From positions 190-64,189 of the forward strand of contig JABHWG010000082.1 of assembly GCA_018657885.1 (NCBI GenBank): a stretch of DNA of 64,000 nt. The letters are read 5' to 3'. A model generated the notes under the pieces. It had not been told where the DNA came from. It ran no database searches and saw only the letters and a program-made list of their open reading frames with translations. This DNA is from Pelagibacteraceae bacterium (GTDB lineage: Bacteria > Pseudomonadota > Alphaproteobacteria > HIMB59 > GCA-002718135). Shown here in pieces: positions 37,982-48,615 of this stretch (position 1 is the stretch's first letter; the number at the start of each line of letters is the position of its first letter). A program made the position numbers and the translations under genes.

Positions 37982-40030
37982 ATGAGCATTTTGCATAATA
38001 TATTTAAGCTTCTAAGCTATGTTATTGTTATTAGTTGTTTTATTACTAGTGTTAGTGCAAACTCAAGTGATTGGGATATAAGTGAAACTTCTAAAGTAAG
38101 GTTAATCTCCCCATTTTCTCAAAATAATGCAAAAGATTTTATCGTTGGGCTTGAGTATGAAATGGAACAAGGTTGGAAAACTTATTGGAAATCACCAGGT
38201 GATGGAGGGTTTGCCCAATCTATTTCATGGGATTATTCTTCTAATGTCAAAAATGTTAGCATTTTATGGCCAACCCCTGTTGAGTTTGAAATATTAGGAT
38301 TAAAATCATTAGGTTATCAAAATAATGTTATTTTTCCTCTTGAAATAGAGCTTGAAGATGCATCTCAAGATACATTTTTAAATTTACAGGTAAGCTTTTT
38401 AATCTGCAAAGACATATGTATTCCAGGAGATGCAAAAGTTTTTTTGGATATCCCTTTTGGAGAAAAAAAATTAAATGATAATTATTTCAATTTGGAACGA
38501 GCATTATCTTTCTTGCCGGAAAAAGATTTTAATAGCTCTTATATAAAAAAAATAAACGCTGATGTTTTTACAAATAATAAATTTTCAAGAATGCAAATTA
38601 AATTTGAGTCAGATAAAAGTTTTTATAATCCAAAAATTTTTTTACATACACCTTTTGGTCTTCCTGTACTAAAAAATTCTTTTACTTATTCAAGTGATAA
38701 CAAATTACTAACTGCAAATTTTAATTTTGATAAAGATTTAATATCTGAGCAAAATTTTCCACTTGAGATAATAATCAAAGATAATAATCATAACTTTAAA
38801 AAAATATTTAATGTTCAAACGAAGGAAGAACTTTCAAATTTAGAAATTAATAAATCATACTTATACTATCTATTTATTTCATTATTAGCGGGACTGATTT
38901 TAAATATTATGCCTTGTGTATTTCCTATTCTTTCCATAAAATTAATGTCAATTCTCTCTTCAGATAATTATAATGCTAGAACTAGTTTCTTAACTACTGC
39001 TTTTGGAATAATTTCGTCTTTTGTTTTGTTAGGATTAGTGTTTTTATTTCTACAGTACTTTAAGGTATCTATCGCGTGGGGTATGCAATTTCAACAGCCT
39101 TATTTTTTAGTTTTTATTACTTTAGTAATTTTTTTATTTATGATGAATATGTTTGGTCAGTTTGAGATCAATTTACCAAATCAACTAAGTAGTATAGGAT
39201 TTACTGGGAATAAAAAACCTTATCTAAAAGATTTTTTTAATGGTTTCTTTGCGACTATAATGGCAACTCCTTGTTCTGCGCCTTTTGTTGGTACTGCAAT
39301 TACTGCTGCATTTACCCAATCCTATGTAATTGGTGTCAGTATATTTTTGTTTATGGGTGTGGGTATGAGTTTACCTTATTTGCTAATTGCAATGTTTCCA
39401 AAACTAGTAAACTTTATACCAAAACCAGGAAAGTGGATGATCTATGTAAAATATTTTCTTGGATTAATGCTTTTAGTGACAGTTTTTTGGCTCTCAAATA
39501 TATTATTAAATTTTTATAATTATTATTTTATTTTATTATCTTTTTTATTATTTGTAGTTTTATCTTATCGTCAAAAATTATTTTTTTTTAAAAAAACAAT
39601 TCCATCATTAGTTTTATTAGTTTTATTCTTTTCATCTTCTCTAAAAATATTTGAACAAAATTCCAACCTTAAAAATGATAAAGACTGGTTAAATTTTTTT
39701 GAGACAGATATAGATAAAATTGTACAACAGGATAAAATAGTTTTTCTAGATATTACAGCAGATTGGTGCGCAACTTGTCAATTCAACAAAATTAATGTTC
39801 TTGATTCTAATACAGTTAATAAAGCTTTTAAAGATAATAATGTTACCCTTATAAGAGCTGATTGGACTAAACCCAGTACTAAGATAAATTTATTTTTAGA
39901 AAAATACGATCGATTTGGAATACCTTTTAATGCTTTTTTTTCTGTAAACTTTCCTGACGGAATTTTATTATCTGAGTTGCTTTCTGAAAAAGATATATTA
40001 AAGACTATTAATCAAATAAATAATGAATAA
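37982..40030 (+). CDS. DsbD/ScsB-like thiol:disulfide interchange protein
   Basis: 682 aa with a signal peptide and a periplasmic N-domain (FLICKDICIP). The central multi-TM DsbD core has the Cys-containing helices MPCVFPILS and ATPCSAPF. The C-terminal thioredoxin domain has WCATC. Confidence 0.85.
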   Translation: MSILHNIFKLLSYVIVISCFITSVSANSSDWDISETSKVRLISPFSQNNAKDFIVGLEYEMEQGWKTYWKSPGDGGFAQSISWDYSSNVKNVSILWPTPVEFEILGLKSLGYQNNVIFPLEIELEDASQDTFLNLQVSFLICKDICIPGDAKVFLDIPFGEKKLNDNYFNLERALSFLPEKDFNSSYIKKINADVFTNNKFSRMQIKFESDKSFYNPKIFLHTPFGLPVLKNSFTYSSDNKLLTANFNFDKDLISEQNFPLEIIIKDNNHNFKKIFNVQTKEELSNLEINKSYLYYLFISLLAGLILNIMPCVFPILSIKLMSILSSDNYNARTSFLTTAFGIISSFVLLGLVFLFLQYFKVSIAWGMQFQQPYFLVFITLVIFLFMMNMFGQFEINLPNQLSSIGFTGNKKPYLKDFFNGFFATIMATPCSAPFVGTAITAAFTQSYVIGVSIFLFMGVGMSLPYLLIAMFPKLVNFIPKPGKWMIYVKYFLGLMLLVTVFWLSNILLNFYNYYFILLSFLLFVVLSYRQKLFFFKKTIPSLVLLVLFFSSSLKIFEQNSNLKNDKDWLNFFETDIDKIVQQDKIVFLDITADWCATCQFNKINVLDSNTVNKAFKDNNVTLIRADWTKPSTKINLFLEKYDRFGIPFNAFFSVNFPDGILLSELLSEKDILKTINQINNE

Positions 40031-40493
40031 AATAATCCCATCAATAAAAGTCCCTGTTATCGAAAAAGGCATTACCTCTAAAGTGCTGCTTTCTGATAAG
40101 TTAAAAGGAAAAAAGGTTATTATTTTTGGTGTCCCTGGAGCATTTACACCTACTTGCTCTGAAAAACATATGCCTAGCTATATTAAATTACATAAACAAT
40201 TCAGTGAAAAGGGAATAGATGATATATATTGTTTATCAGTAAATGATGAGTTTGTGATGAATGCATGGTTATTAAGTTACACTGATGGAAATAAAATAAA
40301 AGGTGTAGCTGATGGTAACGGCGATATATCTAAAAGTCTTGACCTGCTCGTTGATAAATCAAGTAATCATATGGGTATGCGCTCCACAAGATTTGCAATG
40401 ATAGTTAATGATAATAATATTATGGAAACTTTTATTGAAAAGCCAGGAGAGTATAAAAATACCTCAGCAGAAAATCTATTAACAAAAATTTAA
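40023..40493 (+). CDS. peroxiredoxin, Prx5 type
   Basis: 156 aa with the FGVPGAFTPTCS peroxidatic Cys motif. There is an 8-nt overlap with the dsbD-like gene. Confidence 0.88.
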   Translation: MNKIIPSIKVPVIEKGITSKVLLSDKLKGKKVIIFGVPGAFTPTCSEKHMPSYIKLHKQFSEKGIDDIYCLSVNDEFVMNAWLLSYTDGNKIKGVADGNGDISKSLDLLVDKSSNHMGMRSTRFAMIVNDNNIMETFIEKPGEYKNTSAENLLTKI

Positions 40494-40513
40494 TAATTAA
40501 TAATAAAACTTAG

Positions 40514-41491
40514 TTAAGTTTTCTTTCGCTGAATTATTGCATATATTGTTACGGCTGAAGTTATCATAATTCCATTAATAAACTGAACGTAAAAACCTGA
40601 TAATCCCAGAGCAATTATTCCAGATTCTAAAGAACCGATAATTAAAACGCCTATGAATGTTCCAAATATTGTTCCTTTGCCACCAAAAACAGATGTGCCT
40701 CCAACAAAAACAGCTGCCAAAGTTGTGAGCATTAAGCCCGATCCTTGAGTAGGCCAAAAATACAGCATTTCATACATAGTAAATATCCCTGCTAGAGAAG
40801 AGAAAAAACCTAACTGCACAAAAGCAATAATTTTTACATTATCAACATTAATTCCCATCATTTGAGAACTAGCTTTATTGTCACCAACAAAGTGTATGTG
40901 ATTACCAAATTTATGATAACGATAAATCCACTGCATTATAATTGTTAAAACAATAAACCAAATAAACTGCGCAGGAATTTTACCAAAAATTTTATCAACA
41001 AATAGAGTGTGATGCCAAGTTCCATCAGCGACATCTACTATAGCTACACCACTTCCTTGAGAAATAACATTAACCAAACCCCTCCAAAAATAAAGTGTTC
41101 CAATTGTAGCGACGATAGACGGTATTCCTATCTTAGTAACAAGTAGACCATTGATAAGTCCAGCAAACATACCAAGCGCTGAAGCTAAAGCAAAAGCAAT
41201 AAAAAAGTTACCACCAGTTGCTGTTAGTACCAAGCCAAAAACAAGAGAAGTGATACCTACAATAGAGGGAAATGATAAATCAATCTCTCCAAGAGTAACT
41301 ACAAAAGTTGCTGATATGGCAATTATACCAAAGAATGGCATAGATTGCATGAAGGCTCTATATATTGGAAATCTTGTAAAAACGTGCGGTGCTCCTAAAA
41401 AATAAATTAGAAAAAGAACAATTGCTATGATTGTTATACTAATTTCTAATCGGTGGGTTTTTACAAAATAACTATTTAGGAAAGTACTCAT
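40514..41491 (-). CDS. sugar-type (CUT2-like) ABC transporter permease, system A
   Basis: 325 aa and about 9-10 TM segments. The GEIDLS motif, GGTSVFGGKGT and overall similarity to RbsC-family permeases support the call. Confidence 0.88.
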   Translation of the reverse strand: MSTFLNSYFVKTHRLEISITIIAIVLFLIYFLGAPHVFTRFPIYRAFMQSMPFFGIIAISATFVVTLGEIDLSFPSIVGITSLVFGLVLTATGGNFFIAFALASALGMFAGLINGLLVTKIGIPSIVATIGTLYFWRGLVNVISQGSGVAIVDVADGTWHHTLFVDKIFGKIPAQFIWFIVLTIIMQWIYRYHKFGNHIHFVGDNKASSQMMGINVDNVKIIAFVQLGFFSSLAGIFTMYEMLYFWPTQGSGLMLTTLAAVFVGGTSVFGGKGTIFGTFIGVLIIGSLESGIIALGLSGFYVQFINGIMITSAVTIYAIIQRKKT

Positions 41492-42259
41492 TTAAGCCTC
41501 TACTTTTATTTTACCAGACTCATGTAATTGAATCATTTTTTGAACAAGTTCTTCTCTTGATATTTCATCCTTATTAAACTCTCCGACAACCTCACCTCTA
41601 TCTAATATAATAAAACGATCAGCTGCTCCATAAACATGAATAATATTATGATCTATGAAAATTGCTGATTTATTTTTTTTCTTTAATCCTTTTACAAAAT
41701 TTAAAACCTTTTCCGTCTCTTGAATTGATAAGCCCATTGTTGGTTCATCTAGTACAATTAAATCAGAGTCAAAATACAAAGATCTACCAAATGCTACTCC
41801 TTGTTTTTCTCCTCCAGATAAACCCGTTATGATTGAGTCAACAGTAATAGCTTTGGATGTAAAACCAATATAGTCCCTTAATATTTTCTCTGCTTCTTTT
41901 CTTTGCTTCTTTATGTCTAAAAATCCAAAAGAGTTAGTAATTTCTCTTCCAGCAAAAATATTTCGCCATAATTCTTGTTGATCACATAAAGCTCTTTCTT
42001 GATACACTGCTTCGATACCCATTTTTCTAGACTGAGACACAGATTTAATTACCACCTCTTCTCCATTAAAAAATACTTCACCCGAAGAAGGTTTATGAAC
42101 GCCTGTGATAACTTTAATTAAAGTTGATTTTCCTGCACCATTATCGCCAATAAGAGCTACAACTTCCCCCTTATTTATTTTGATGTTAACATCTTTTAGT
42201 ACTTTAACATTGCCAAAATTTTTATAAATGTTTTGTAATTTTAAAAGTTCTTCACTCAT
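41492..42259 (-). CDS. ABC transporter ATP-binding protein (single NBD), system A
   Basis: Walker A GDNGAGKST, signature LSGGEKQG, Walker B LIVLDEPT. I prefer the start at MSEELLKLQ (42259) because the track start at 42283 abuts the upstream terminator hairpin. Confidence 0.88.
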   Translation of the reverse strand: MSEELLKLQNIYKNFGNVKVLKDVNIKINKGEVVALIGDNGAGKSTLIKVITGVHKPSSGEVFFNGEEVVIKSVSQSRKMGIEAVYQERALCDQQELWRNIFAGREITNSFGFLDIKKQRKEAEKILRDYIGFTSKAITVDSIITGLSGGEKQGVAFGRSLYFDSDLIVLDEPTMGLSIQETEKVLNFVKGLKKKNKSAIFIDHNIIHVYGAADRFIILDRGEVVGEFNKDEISREELVQKMIQLHESGKIKVEA

Positions 42260-42279
42260 TTTTTTAATTTCTAAAAAAA

Positions 42280-42305
42280 ACAAACCTGCCGAAGGGCAGG
42301 TTTGT
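42280..42305 (-). terminator. GC-rich intercistronic hairpin plus U-run right after the SBP gene of system A
   Basis: The minus strand reads acaaacctgcc-cttc-ggcaggtttgt followed by tttttttt. The 11-bp stem stands out in AT-rich DNA. Confidence 0.65.
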
Positions 42306-42315
42306 TATAAATTAA

Positions 42316-43296
42316 TTATCTAATTTGTAGAGCAGCTAATGGAGCTACTGCATCAATATTTGCTTTTGTCACAAATGCTGCACCAGTATCCATTGCTAAA
42401 CCAGCCATACCAAATTTTGTAGTAAGATAAAGCTGAACAATAGGCATATATCCTTGGATAAATGGCTGTTGATCAATTACAATATCAATGTATCCAGAAT
42501 TAATTCCATCAACGATAGGAGCTGACAAATCAAATCCAGCACCACAAACCTCTTCAGATCCGTGACCAGCTGCTTTCATGTAAGTTGGAAGACTTGCTGT
42601 TAACCCACCATGGTCTGTAATAGCCATTTTAATATCAGGGTTAGCACTGTAAGTAGCAACATACATTGGCGTACCTTGAGAAGCATCTGAATTTACGTTA
42701 TCAGGAATTTCCTGATACACAACTTCAACACCCATTTCTTCAACGCCTGCGATAGCACCTTTGGTTCTCTCACCTCTGTTTGGCATACTTGCAAGACCCC
42801 AAACAAAAGCTTTGTCTCCAGCTGATAAACCACAAACTTCAACAGCTTTTTTTCCAAGATTAAAACCGGCAGCAAATAAATCTGCACCTGCATAGCCAAA
42901 GCCTTCAGTTTTAAATTCAGCTTCTAAATCAGGAAGTGGAGTGTTCATAGTAGTAATTACTATTCCCATCTCTCTAGCTTCTTTAATGATTGGTCTCATA
43001 GCAGCATCACCAGGAAAACCATAAATAGCAATTCCATCTGGTTGAAGCGCTACAGCTTCTTTAAATTGTTTAATCATGATTTCAGAATTCCATTGTGACC
43101 AATAATAATCAACATCACAACCTGTATGTTCTGCAGCAGCTACTGCTCCATTATAAACAATAGTTCCAAATGGCCCACCTTCTGGTCCACCTGGGAAAAA
43201 GATAAATTTCTTATCACAACTATAGTCATTTTTAGCAATTGCCGAAGTTGATGCAAAAGCGAAAAATAAAGCTACTAAAGCTAAAATTTTTTTCAT
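42316..43296 (-). CDS. periplasmic sugar-type (PBP type I) substrate-binding protein, system A
   Basis: 326 aa with a signal peptide (FASTSAIA) and a ribose-binding-protein-like two-lobe pattern. A GGAGGA RBS lies upstream. Confidence 0.88.
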   Translation of the reverse strand: MKKILALVALFFAFASTSAIAKNDYSCDKKFIFFPGGPEGGPFGTIVYNGAVAAAEHTGCDVDYYWSQWNSEIMIKQFKEAVALQPDGIAIYGFPGDAAMRPIIKEAREMGIVITTMNTPLPDLEAEFKTEGFGYAGADLFAAGFNLGKKAVEVCGLSAGDKAFVWGLASMPNRGERTKGAIAGVEEMGVEVVYQEIPDNVNSDASQGTPMYVATYSANPDIKMAITDHGGLTASLPTYMKAAGHGSEEVCGAGFDLSAPIVDGINSGYIDIVIDQQPFIQGYMPIVQLYLTTKFGMAGLAMDTGAAFVTKANIDAVAPLAALQIR

Positions 43297-43488
43297 TTTT
43301 CCTCCATGAATTTATTTTATATATAATTACTGTTTTTATAGGTGAAAATTAATATTTTACAAACTTTATCTAATGAAAGAACAGAAAATCATTATTTGAC
43401 AAAAAAACTATCATTCTTTTATAACTCTACGACTTAAAACTTTAGTTTATAGTTTGATATAGAAAAGAAATAATGATAAATTTATTAA

Positions 43489-44469
43489 ATGGAAGTTAAT
43501 TTAGACAAATGGTATAAGTGTGAGATAGATAAAAAAGAGTTTAAAGAACTCTCTAAAAAATCTGATTGGCAGGGTTTTAAACACATTATTATCTATTTTT
43601 CTTTTTTAGGACTATTTGGTTATTTGGCTTTTGCTACATGGGGTACCTGGTGGTCTTTATTGTTTTTTTTAATATACGGAAATATATGGGGTTGCAGTGA
43701 TGCCATATGGCATGAAACAGGTCATAGAACAGCATTTAAGTCTAAATTTTGGAATGACCTCTTTTATTATATTGCAAGTTTCATGGATAATTTTGAACCT
43801 ATAAGGTGGAGATATTCACATTATCATCATCATACTTATACAATATTTACTGATCCAGTAGATTTCGAAATTCATGTTAAAAAACCAACTGACTTATTAA
43901 TTTTCTTTACTCATTATATTCCATTTTCTGGTTTTATTTTTTTTAAAAACTCCCTTCAATGGGAGACAATTAAACATGCTTTTGGAGTAACTACTGAAGT
44001 AATGAAAGTTTGTATTCCTCAGAATGAAGTTTCCAAATGTCGTTGGTCAGCAAGAAGCCATGTTTTTATTTGGGCTTTAACAATTTTTTGTTCTGTATAT
44101 TTCCAAACATGGTTACCAGTTTTATTTATTGTGCTTCCTAATTTTTATGGAAAGACATTAGTTATGTTAATGGGACTTACTCAGCATGCTGGATTACAAG
44201 AAGATATTAAAGATCATAGGCTAACAACTAGAACAGTTTATTTAAATCCAATATTCAGTTTTTTGTATTGGCATATGGAATATCATGTTGAACATCATAT
44301 GTTTCCACAGGTGCCATCACATAATTTAAAAAAGTTACATGCTTTGATTAAGGATCAAATGCCAGCAGCTAGAAAAGGTTTGTGGGGTGCATATAAAGAA
44401 ATTGTTCCTGCTTTAGTTAAACAAGCTAAAGATCCAAAATATAAAATACCTTTAGCAGTCCCTAACTAA
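43489..44469 (+). CDS. membrane di-iron oxygenase, fatty acid desaturase/AlkB superfamily (paralog D1)
   Basis: 326 aa with two pairs of TM helices and His boxes HETGH, HYHHH and HVEHH, plus GLTQHAGL (reminiscent of the AlkB NYxEHYGL block). It is divergent from the system A SBP. Confidence 0.85.
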   Translation: MEVNLDKWYKCEIDKKEFKELSKKSDWQGFKHIIIYFSFLGLFGYLAFATWGTWWSLLFFLIYGNIWGCSDAIWHETGHRTAFKSKFWNDLFYYIASFMDNFEPIRWRYSHYHHHTYTIFTDPVDFEIHVKKPTDLLIFFTHYIPFSGFIFFKNSLQWETIKHAFGVTTEVMKVCIPQNEVSKCRWSARSHVFIWALTIFCSVYFQTWLPVLFIVLPNFYGKTLVMLMGLTQHAGLQEDIKDHRLTTRTVYLNPIFSFLYWHMEYHVEHHMFPQVPSHNLKKLHALIKDQMPAARKGLWGAYKEIVPALVKQAKDPKYKIPLAVPN

Positions 44470-44474
44470 TCTTT

Positions 44475-44504
44475 ATTATAATTATAATTATAATTATAAT
44501 TATT
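44475..44504. repeat. hexanucleotide microsatellite (ATTATA)x4 + ATTATT
   Basis: Read directly in the 56-nt convergent spacer between D1 and the system B ATPase. It is self-complementary. Confidence 0.85.
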
Positions 44505-44525
44505 AAATTATTCGGAGTATTTTAG

Positions 44526-46022
44526 TTATTTTGAAGATATATTTAATGATATTTTTTGTTCATTAAAATCTTCATGATTGAATGTATTGCTTATCAAACC
44601 TTTTTGCATAGTTATAATTCTATTACAATTAATGATTAATTCAGGAATTTCATTAGATACGACTATTACGGATCCGCCCTCATTTGTAAATTCAGAAATT
44701 AATTTCCATATTTGTGTCTTAGCTGCAATATCAATTCCTCTAGTTGGTTCATCAAATAAAAGTATTTTACAATTTTTTACAAGCCATTTTGCAATAACTA
44801 CTTTTTGTTGGTTTCCTCCAGAGAGATTCATAACAAAGCTATCAATATTAGAAGCTTTAATGTCTAATTTTTTAACATAGTTATTTGTAGTTTTTGCAGC
44901 TGCATTAAATTTAAAAAACCCCATCTTGGTTAATTTGTTAAAAATAGTAAGAACACTATTATCTTTAATTGAATTATTTTGAATTAAGCCTTCATTTTTT
45001 CTATCAGAAGGTATGTATCCTATACCATTAACTATCGCATCTCTCGGCTTATTGATAGTAACAACTTTATCATTTAGAGAAAGTTGACCGTTATCTTGCT
45101 TTATTATTCCAAAAATACATCTTAAAAGTTCATTAGCCCCAGATCCTAAAAGTCCACTTAAACCTAAAATTTCTCCTTCATAAAGATCCATGCGTATTTT
45201 TTTAAATGTGTTTGAATAACTATAATTATTTATCTTAAGTATTGGTTTTTGAAAATTAATTATATTTTGATTGTTATTTTTTATCGAAATATTTTTTCCA
45301 ATCATAGATTTGATTAAACCTTCTTCATTCACTTCATTTTTTAAGAATGAATCATTTATTTTTCCATCTTTTAAAACTGTTATTCTATCTGAAATATGAA
45401 TAATTTCTTTTAATTTATGAGAAATATAAATTATACCAATACCATTGTTTTTTAATGTATTTATGATTTCAAATAAATTATCAATTTGTTTTTCATCTAA
45501 GGAAGCAGTAGGCTCATCCATTACAATAAATTTTGGTTTTTTTGCTAGAGCTTTACAAATTTCTATTATTTGCCATTGAGAAGTATTAAGGTTACCGACT
45601 ATTTTATTGGTACTTAGATTAACATTTATACTTTCTAAAAGAATTTTTGCATCTAAATGCATCTTTTTATAGTTAACAAAACCAGACTTATTATGGGGTT
45701 CATCACCTAAGTAAATATTTTCTGCTACAGTTAAGTTATTACATAATGCAAATTCTTGATGAACTATGGAAAGATTAAGATTGAATGCATCTTTTGGATC
45801 ATCAATTTTAACTACTTTATTATTAAATAATATTTGCCCATCATCTGGCTTCGTTATACCATTTAAAATTCCCATTAAAGTGGATTTACCAGCACCGTTT
45901 TGACCAATTAAAGAATGAACTTCTCCAGAAATAATTTCAAAAGACACTTCATCGAGTGCTTTAACACCTGGAAAGGTTTTTGATATACCTTTCATTATTA
46001 ATTGGTCTTTTTGTATACTCAT
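44526..46022 (-). CDS. sugar ABC transporter ATP-binding protein (fused double NBD), system B
   Basis: 498 aa with two NBDs: GQNGAGKST / MDEPTASL, and LSGGNQQKV / FDEPTRGID. The architecture is RbsA/MglA-like. Confidence 0.9.
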   Translation of the reverse strand: MSIQKDQLIMKGISKTFPGVKALDEVSFEIISGEVHSLIGQNGAGKSTLMGILNGITKPDDGQILFNNKVVKIDDPKDAFNLNLSIVHQEFALCNNLTVAENIYLGDEPHNKSGFVNYKKMHLDAKILLESINVNLSTNKIVGNLNTSQWQIIEICKALAKKPKFIVMDEPTASLDEKQIDNLFEIINTLKNNGIGIIYISHKLKEIIHISDRITVLKDGKINDSFLKNEVNEEGLIKSMIGKNISIKNNNQNIINFQKPILKINNYSYSNTFKKIRMDLYEGEILGLSGLLGSGANELLRCIFGIIKQDNGQLSLNDKVVTINKPRDAIVNGIGYIPSDRKNEGLIQNNSIKDNSVLTIFNKLTKMGFFKFNAAAKTTNNYVKKLDIKASNIDSFVMNLSGGNQQKVVIAKWLVKNCKILLFDEPTRGIDIAAKTQIWKLISEFTNEGGSVIVVSNEIPELIINCNRIITMQKGLISNTFNHEDFNEQKISLNISSK

Positions 46023-46040
46023 AAATAAATTTTATAATTC

Positions 46041-47618
46041 TTATGAAAAATTATATTTTTTTAACAATTCATGATGGTTACTCATATCATCTATTACGTT
46101 ATGATAAATACTCCGCCAAACATCAAAAAACTCACTATACATTTGGTGGTTTTGCATATTAGGTTCAAATGTCTCTTTGACTTTTACTATATCTTTAATA
46201 CTTTCAAGAGGATTTGAATAAAATCCAGCACCAACAGCAGCTAAAATTGCATCACCAAGTGGGGCTGCTTCAGGAGGAAAGCCTCTTTCTTCAGATTTTC
46301 CTACATCAGGTAAATCTAATGGCAAACCCGTGACATCAGATGTTATTTGATTCCAAAGTCTGCTTTTTGTAGGCCCTCCATTTAATGTAAATTTGTCAAT
46401 TTTTGCGCCAGCTTCTTTTGCTATTTTTACATTTGAATTACAATCAAATGCAACACCTTCAATCACTGATCTTATAAAATGCGCTTTAGAGGTCGTTGGT
46501 CTTATACCAAAAAACATGCCTGAAGCAGATGAGTTCCAATTAGGTGATAATGTGTTACCTAAATATGGAAAATACATCAAACCATCTGAGCCAGGTTTAA
46601 TTGTTTGTGCTTGCTTCGTTAAAAGATCAAATACATTTAAATTTTTCTCCTTAGCAATTTGCATTTCTAATTCAGCAAAATTATTCTTATACCAATTCAA
46701 AGACGCTCCAACAAATGCCATTGGTCCATCAAACATTGTCATACCTGGTATTACTGAAGTCCACTTTAATATTCTAAATTCATTAATTCTTTGAGATGTA
46801 GGTATCATGACACCAATATTTGCACCTGTTCCCATAGAGTAAAAAGCTTGACCTACCTCTACAACACCACAGCCAAGGGCTGCACAACTAATATCAGTTC
46901 CACCCGCGACTACTACAGCACCTTCTTTAATTCCTGTTTCTTCAGAAGCTTTTTTTGTTACCTTACCAACAACTTCATGAGAATTAAATATTGGGGGATA
47001 TTTTTCAATTGGTATTCCCAAACCTTTAGCTACTTCATCATTCCATTTTCCTGCTTGATATTCATAAGGATAAAATAATTGGGCATCACCATGATTCATA
47101 GTAAATTCGCCACACATTTTATAAGTACAATAACCAGACGGTGAAACTAGCTTATGTGTTTTTTCAAAATTTTTTGGCTCATGTTTTTTCATCCATAGAG
47201 CTTTGGGTTCTACAAACCAGGGTGCAACTCTGTTACCATTTATATTATTTATTTTTTCTTCACCTATAGTATTTCTAATATCTGTGCATTCTTCCTCAGA
47301 TCTTGAGTCCATCCAGATCATTCCAGGTCTAACTGGATTTCCTTCTTTATCTATAGGTAGCATTACTCCAACTAAGCCTGATAAAGATACTCCTGAAATT
47401 TTGTCACCATAAGAACCTTGTTTAAAACAATCTTTAACTGCATCTACTACAGCTTTCCAATAATTATCCCCTTCTTGTTCAGCATACCCAGGCTTTGGAT
47501 GAAAAAGTGGATGTTCTTTTAATGAGTGAGCAACAACCATGCCTTTGTCTACGTCAAGTACTGAAGCTTTAACTCCAGTTGTACCTATATCAATTCCTAG
47601 TGTATATTTTTCAATCAT
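46041..47618 (-). CDS. FGGY family carbohydrate/polyol kinase
   Basis: I prefer the start at MIEKYTLGIDIGTTGVKASVLD (47618), which follows GGAGGA at 47625-47630. About 525 aa, with FGGY N- and C-domain patterns (GGTDISCAALG, NGGPTKSRLWNQI). Confidence 0.85.
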   Translation of the reverse strand: MIEKYTLGIDIGTTGVKASVLDVDKGMVVAHSLKEHPLFHPKPGYAEQEGDNYWKAVVDAVKDCFKQGSYGDKISGVSLSGLVGVMLPIDKEGNPVRPGMIWMDSRSEEECTDIRNTIGEEKINNINGNRVAPWFVEPKALWMKKHEPKNFEKTHKLVSPSGYCTYKMCGEFTMNHGDAQLFYPYEYQAGKWNDEVAKGLGIPIEKYPPIFNSHEVVGKVTKKASEETGIKEGAVVVAGGTDISCAALGCGVVEVGQAFYSMGTGANIGVMIPTSQRINEFRILKWTSVIPGMTMFDGPMAFVGASLNWYKNNFAELEMQIAKEKNLNVFDLLTKQAQTIKPGSDGLMYFPYLGNTLSPNWNSSASGMFFGIRPTTSKAHFIRSVIEGVAFDCNSNVKIAKEAGAKIDKFTLNGGPTKSRLWNQITSDVTGLPLDLPDVGKSEERGFPPEAAPLGDAILAAVGAGFYSNPLESIKDIVKVKETFEPNMQNHQMYSEFFDVWRSIYHNVIDDMSNHHELLKKYNFS

Positions 47619-47619
47619 A

Positions 47620-48612
47620 TTATATCCTCCCAAAATTATTTTTTCTTTGGTCTAACATAACCACTAAGATTATGATTATACCAACAACTATATTTCTATG
47701 CCAAGTATTTAATCCCCACATTGAAAATAAACTAAATAGAGCGCCCATAACAATTGTTCCTAAAAAGGCTCTATATGGTGACCCTCTACCGCCTGTTAAA
47801 CTTACTCCACCAACGACAGCAAATGCAATTGCAGTCAGTTCGAAACCAACTGCTAACGGAGCATCAACTGTTTGTAATCTTGATGAAAATAATATCCCTG
47901 CAACAGATGCGCAAAAACCACTCATAATAAATGCTATAATAACCCAAAAAGTCACATTAATTCCCGCTAGCCTAGCAGTCTTTTCATCTCCACCAATCGA
48001 ATAAATTCTTCTTCCAACCAAAGTATATCTCATAATTATACTAGCTAAAATTGTCATTAAAACATATATCCAGGTTGAAAAAGGAATATAAAATAAATTT
48101 AATGTTCCCATCCATGTATAAGTTGGAATTTGTAAATAATAAGCATGACCATGCGTTAATACATAATTTAATCCCCATAAAGCTTTCATCATTGCAAGTG
48201 TCATAATAAACGATGTAATTTTGCCATACATAACTCCAATACCATTTATTAAACCAATAAGAATTCCTGTTAATAAAGATATAACAACTATAAAAGCCGC
48301 ACTGTTTGCATATTGATTACCCCTAACAAGAACTTTAAAATCAAACATATCACCAAAAAAAGCTAAAGAAGAAACAGCTAAAATTGGACCAAAAATTGTT
48401 AATGACCCCACAGATAAATCAATTCGTGAAACTAAAAATACAAAAGAAACTCCAAGTGCCAGCAGTCCAGGTACAGCCATGTTTCTAATCATATTTTGAA
48501 TGTTTATTATAGTAAAAAAATACTCACTTGTAAAAGTTCCAACAAGACAAATTAAAATAAATACAAAAAGTAAAAAATGATTTTTTAATATTTGTTTAAA
48601 GTTGATTTTCAT
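47620..48612 (-). CDS. sugar-type ABC transporter permease, system B (second)
   Basis: 330 aa polytopic protein with RIDLSVGS and GGVSLTGGRGS. It belongs to the RbsC family. Confidence 0.88.
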   Translation of the reverse strand: MKINFKQILKNHFLLFVFILICLVGTFTSEYFFTIINIQNMIRNMAVPGLLALGVSFVFLVSRIDLSVGSLTIFGPILAVSSLAFFGDMFDFKVLVRGNQYANSAAFIVVISLLTGILIGLINGIGVMYGKITSFIMTLAMMKALWGLNYVLTHGHAYYLQIPTYTWMGTLNLFYIPFSTWIYVLMTILASIIMRYTLVGRRIYSIGGDEKTARLAGINVTFWVIIAFIMSGFCASVAGILFSSRLQTVDAPLAVGFELTAIAFAVVGGVSLTGGRGSPYRAFLGTIVMGALFSLFSMWGLNTWHRNIVVGIIIILVVMLDQRKNNFGRI

Positions 48613-48615
48613 TTT

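Noticed and set aside
44475-44504. The possibility that the repeat tract is a CRISPR array or mobile-element end.
   Set aside because: It is only a 6-nt unit with no spacers. No cas genes, transposase or integrase occur anywhere in the window.
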